A DNA stretch of 64,000 nucleotides, from NCBI GenBank assembly GCA_001179505.1, contig CDMY01000007.1:124001-188000 (forward strand), given 5' to 3'. This document shows, in pieces, positions 63,301 through 64,000 of the stretch (positions within the stretch are counted from its first letter, which is position 1; each line of letters begins with the position of its first letter). This DNA is from Vitrella brassicaformis CCMP3155. Lineage: Eukaryota; Protista; Chromerida. The position numbers and the translations under genes were made by a program. The notes under the pieces were generated by a model, which did not search any database, was not told the DNA's origin, and worked only from the letters and a program-made list of their open reading frames with translations.

Positions 63301-63764
63301 CTCACTGCTGCAGCGTCCCATGTCGACGGGTCCCTCAGCCGTGCCACGATATGCATTCTCCTGGCCTCAACTAAGAGGAAAGGCTGCTCGTCTGTGCGCG
63401 CAGCACTTTCCTCTCCATTATCTTGTTGCCGTTGCTTGGCCACCGAGGGCCCCGTAGAATCAAAGAGAGTCTTCCATGCGAACCTGACTCGGACCCAGTC
63501 CGCCTTTCCCCTCACCAGGTCCAGCGGCAGGCTACACACGGAAAGCAGAATAGAAACGATATGGCTGTGTTGTGTGTTTCTGTGTTTGTGTTACTCCAGC
63601 AGGTCGAGGATGGCTCCTTTGAGCGGCACATCCGTCAGCTCGATGTCGGGATCTGTGAGGGAAGCAATGCTCAACTGGCGGTCAATGTCCTCAACTGTAA
63701 AGAAACGACTAAGATGCTGCTGAATCAGGCGACCGATTATCATGCGAACGACACGAGAAATCAT
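45320..63764 (-). CDS. VPS13: VPS13-like bridge-like lipid transfer protein (multi-exon, roughly 5000+ aa)
   Basis: Chorein-N-like start MISRVVRMIIGRLIQQHLSRFF...IELTDVPLKGAILDLLELPLDLVRGKADWVRVRFAWKTL. VAB-like segments IEPFIAVKNALPFPITLEV, IQIQNSTSLPFTIHL and PTFKLRNLT. C-terminal YENVEVQIAPFGLNVEMGVVMHLL, GFLDGLWKGLSGFVRDTLVTP and ISPIFGSLNFAASVCEGISN. One exon carries a 1220-codon ORF. Confidence 0.8.
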
Positions 63765-64000
63765 CGTCGCGAGGAAACGAGGCTCCAAGTTGCTATCGAT
63801 TCTGCATGCACTGGCAGACTTAGGCCCCCAGCTCGCCCCCCAGAATTGTGAGGAAACTTCGCGATGAGTGACGCCGTCCCTCCACCGCCATCCAAGATAG
63901 GATCCCTCGAAGCCCCAACAGCCGCACTTGGCAACAGCGAGGACGGCGATGGAAAAACGCAGAACATTAACGTGGCAGTGCGTGTGCGACCACTTCATGA

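Noticed and set aside
1-64000. tRNA, rRNA, CRISPR array, transposase, reverse transcriptase or viral genes
   Set aside because: No T-loop/anticodon cloverleaf, rRNA-like segment, repeat-spacer array or mobile-element protein motif was seen by eye. tRNAscan-SE, Infernal and RepeatModeler runs would be decisive.

Overview
Eukaryotic, gene-dense, GC-rich DNA with short spliceosomal GT-AG introns, many containing (GT)n, (GTCT)n or (GGAT)n microsatellites. The style and gene content (plastid-targeted fibrillin, CFAP69, alveolate-type C3H1 protein) suggest a photosynthetic, flagellated alveolate such as the chromerid Vitrella; this is inference, not a database match. Gene models were assembled by hand from splice sites and translated exons. 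In order: a partial unknown gene, a Frag1/DRAM/Sfk1-family membrane protein, SRP72, a frame-broken intron-containing pseudogene, a secreted Kelch protein, a C3H1 zinc-finger protein, a 5.4-kb gene-poor interval, cobalamin-independent methionine synthase (metE), a PAP/fibrillin, phosphoserine aminotransferase, a small coiled-coil protein, CFAP69, a multi-pass membrane protein with C-terminal LRRs, a MORN-repeat protein, an SLC35D-like nucleotide-sugar transporter and an 18.4-kb VPS13-like gene. I saw no rRNA, tRNA, CRISPR array or transposase/RT ORF. Best leads: the receptor-like multi-TM+LRR protein, a metE 5'-UTR intron with two donors and competing hairpins, the decayed gene at 8.2-10.1 kb and the secreted Kelch/Cys-module protein. 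None is proven novel from sequence alone.
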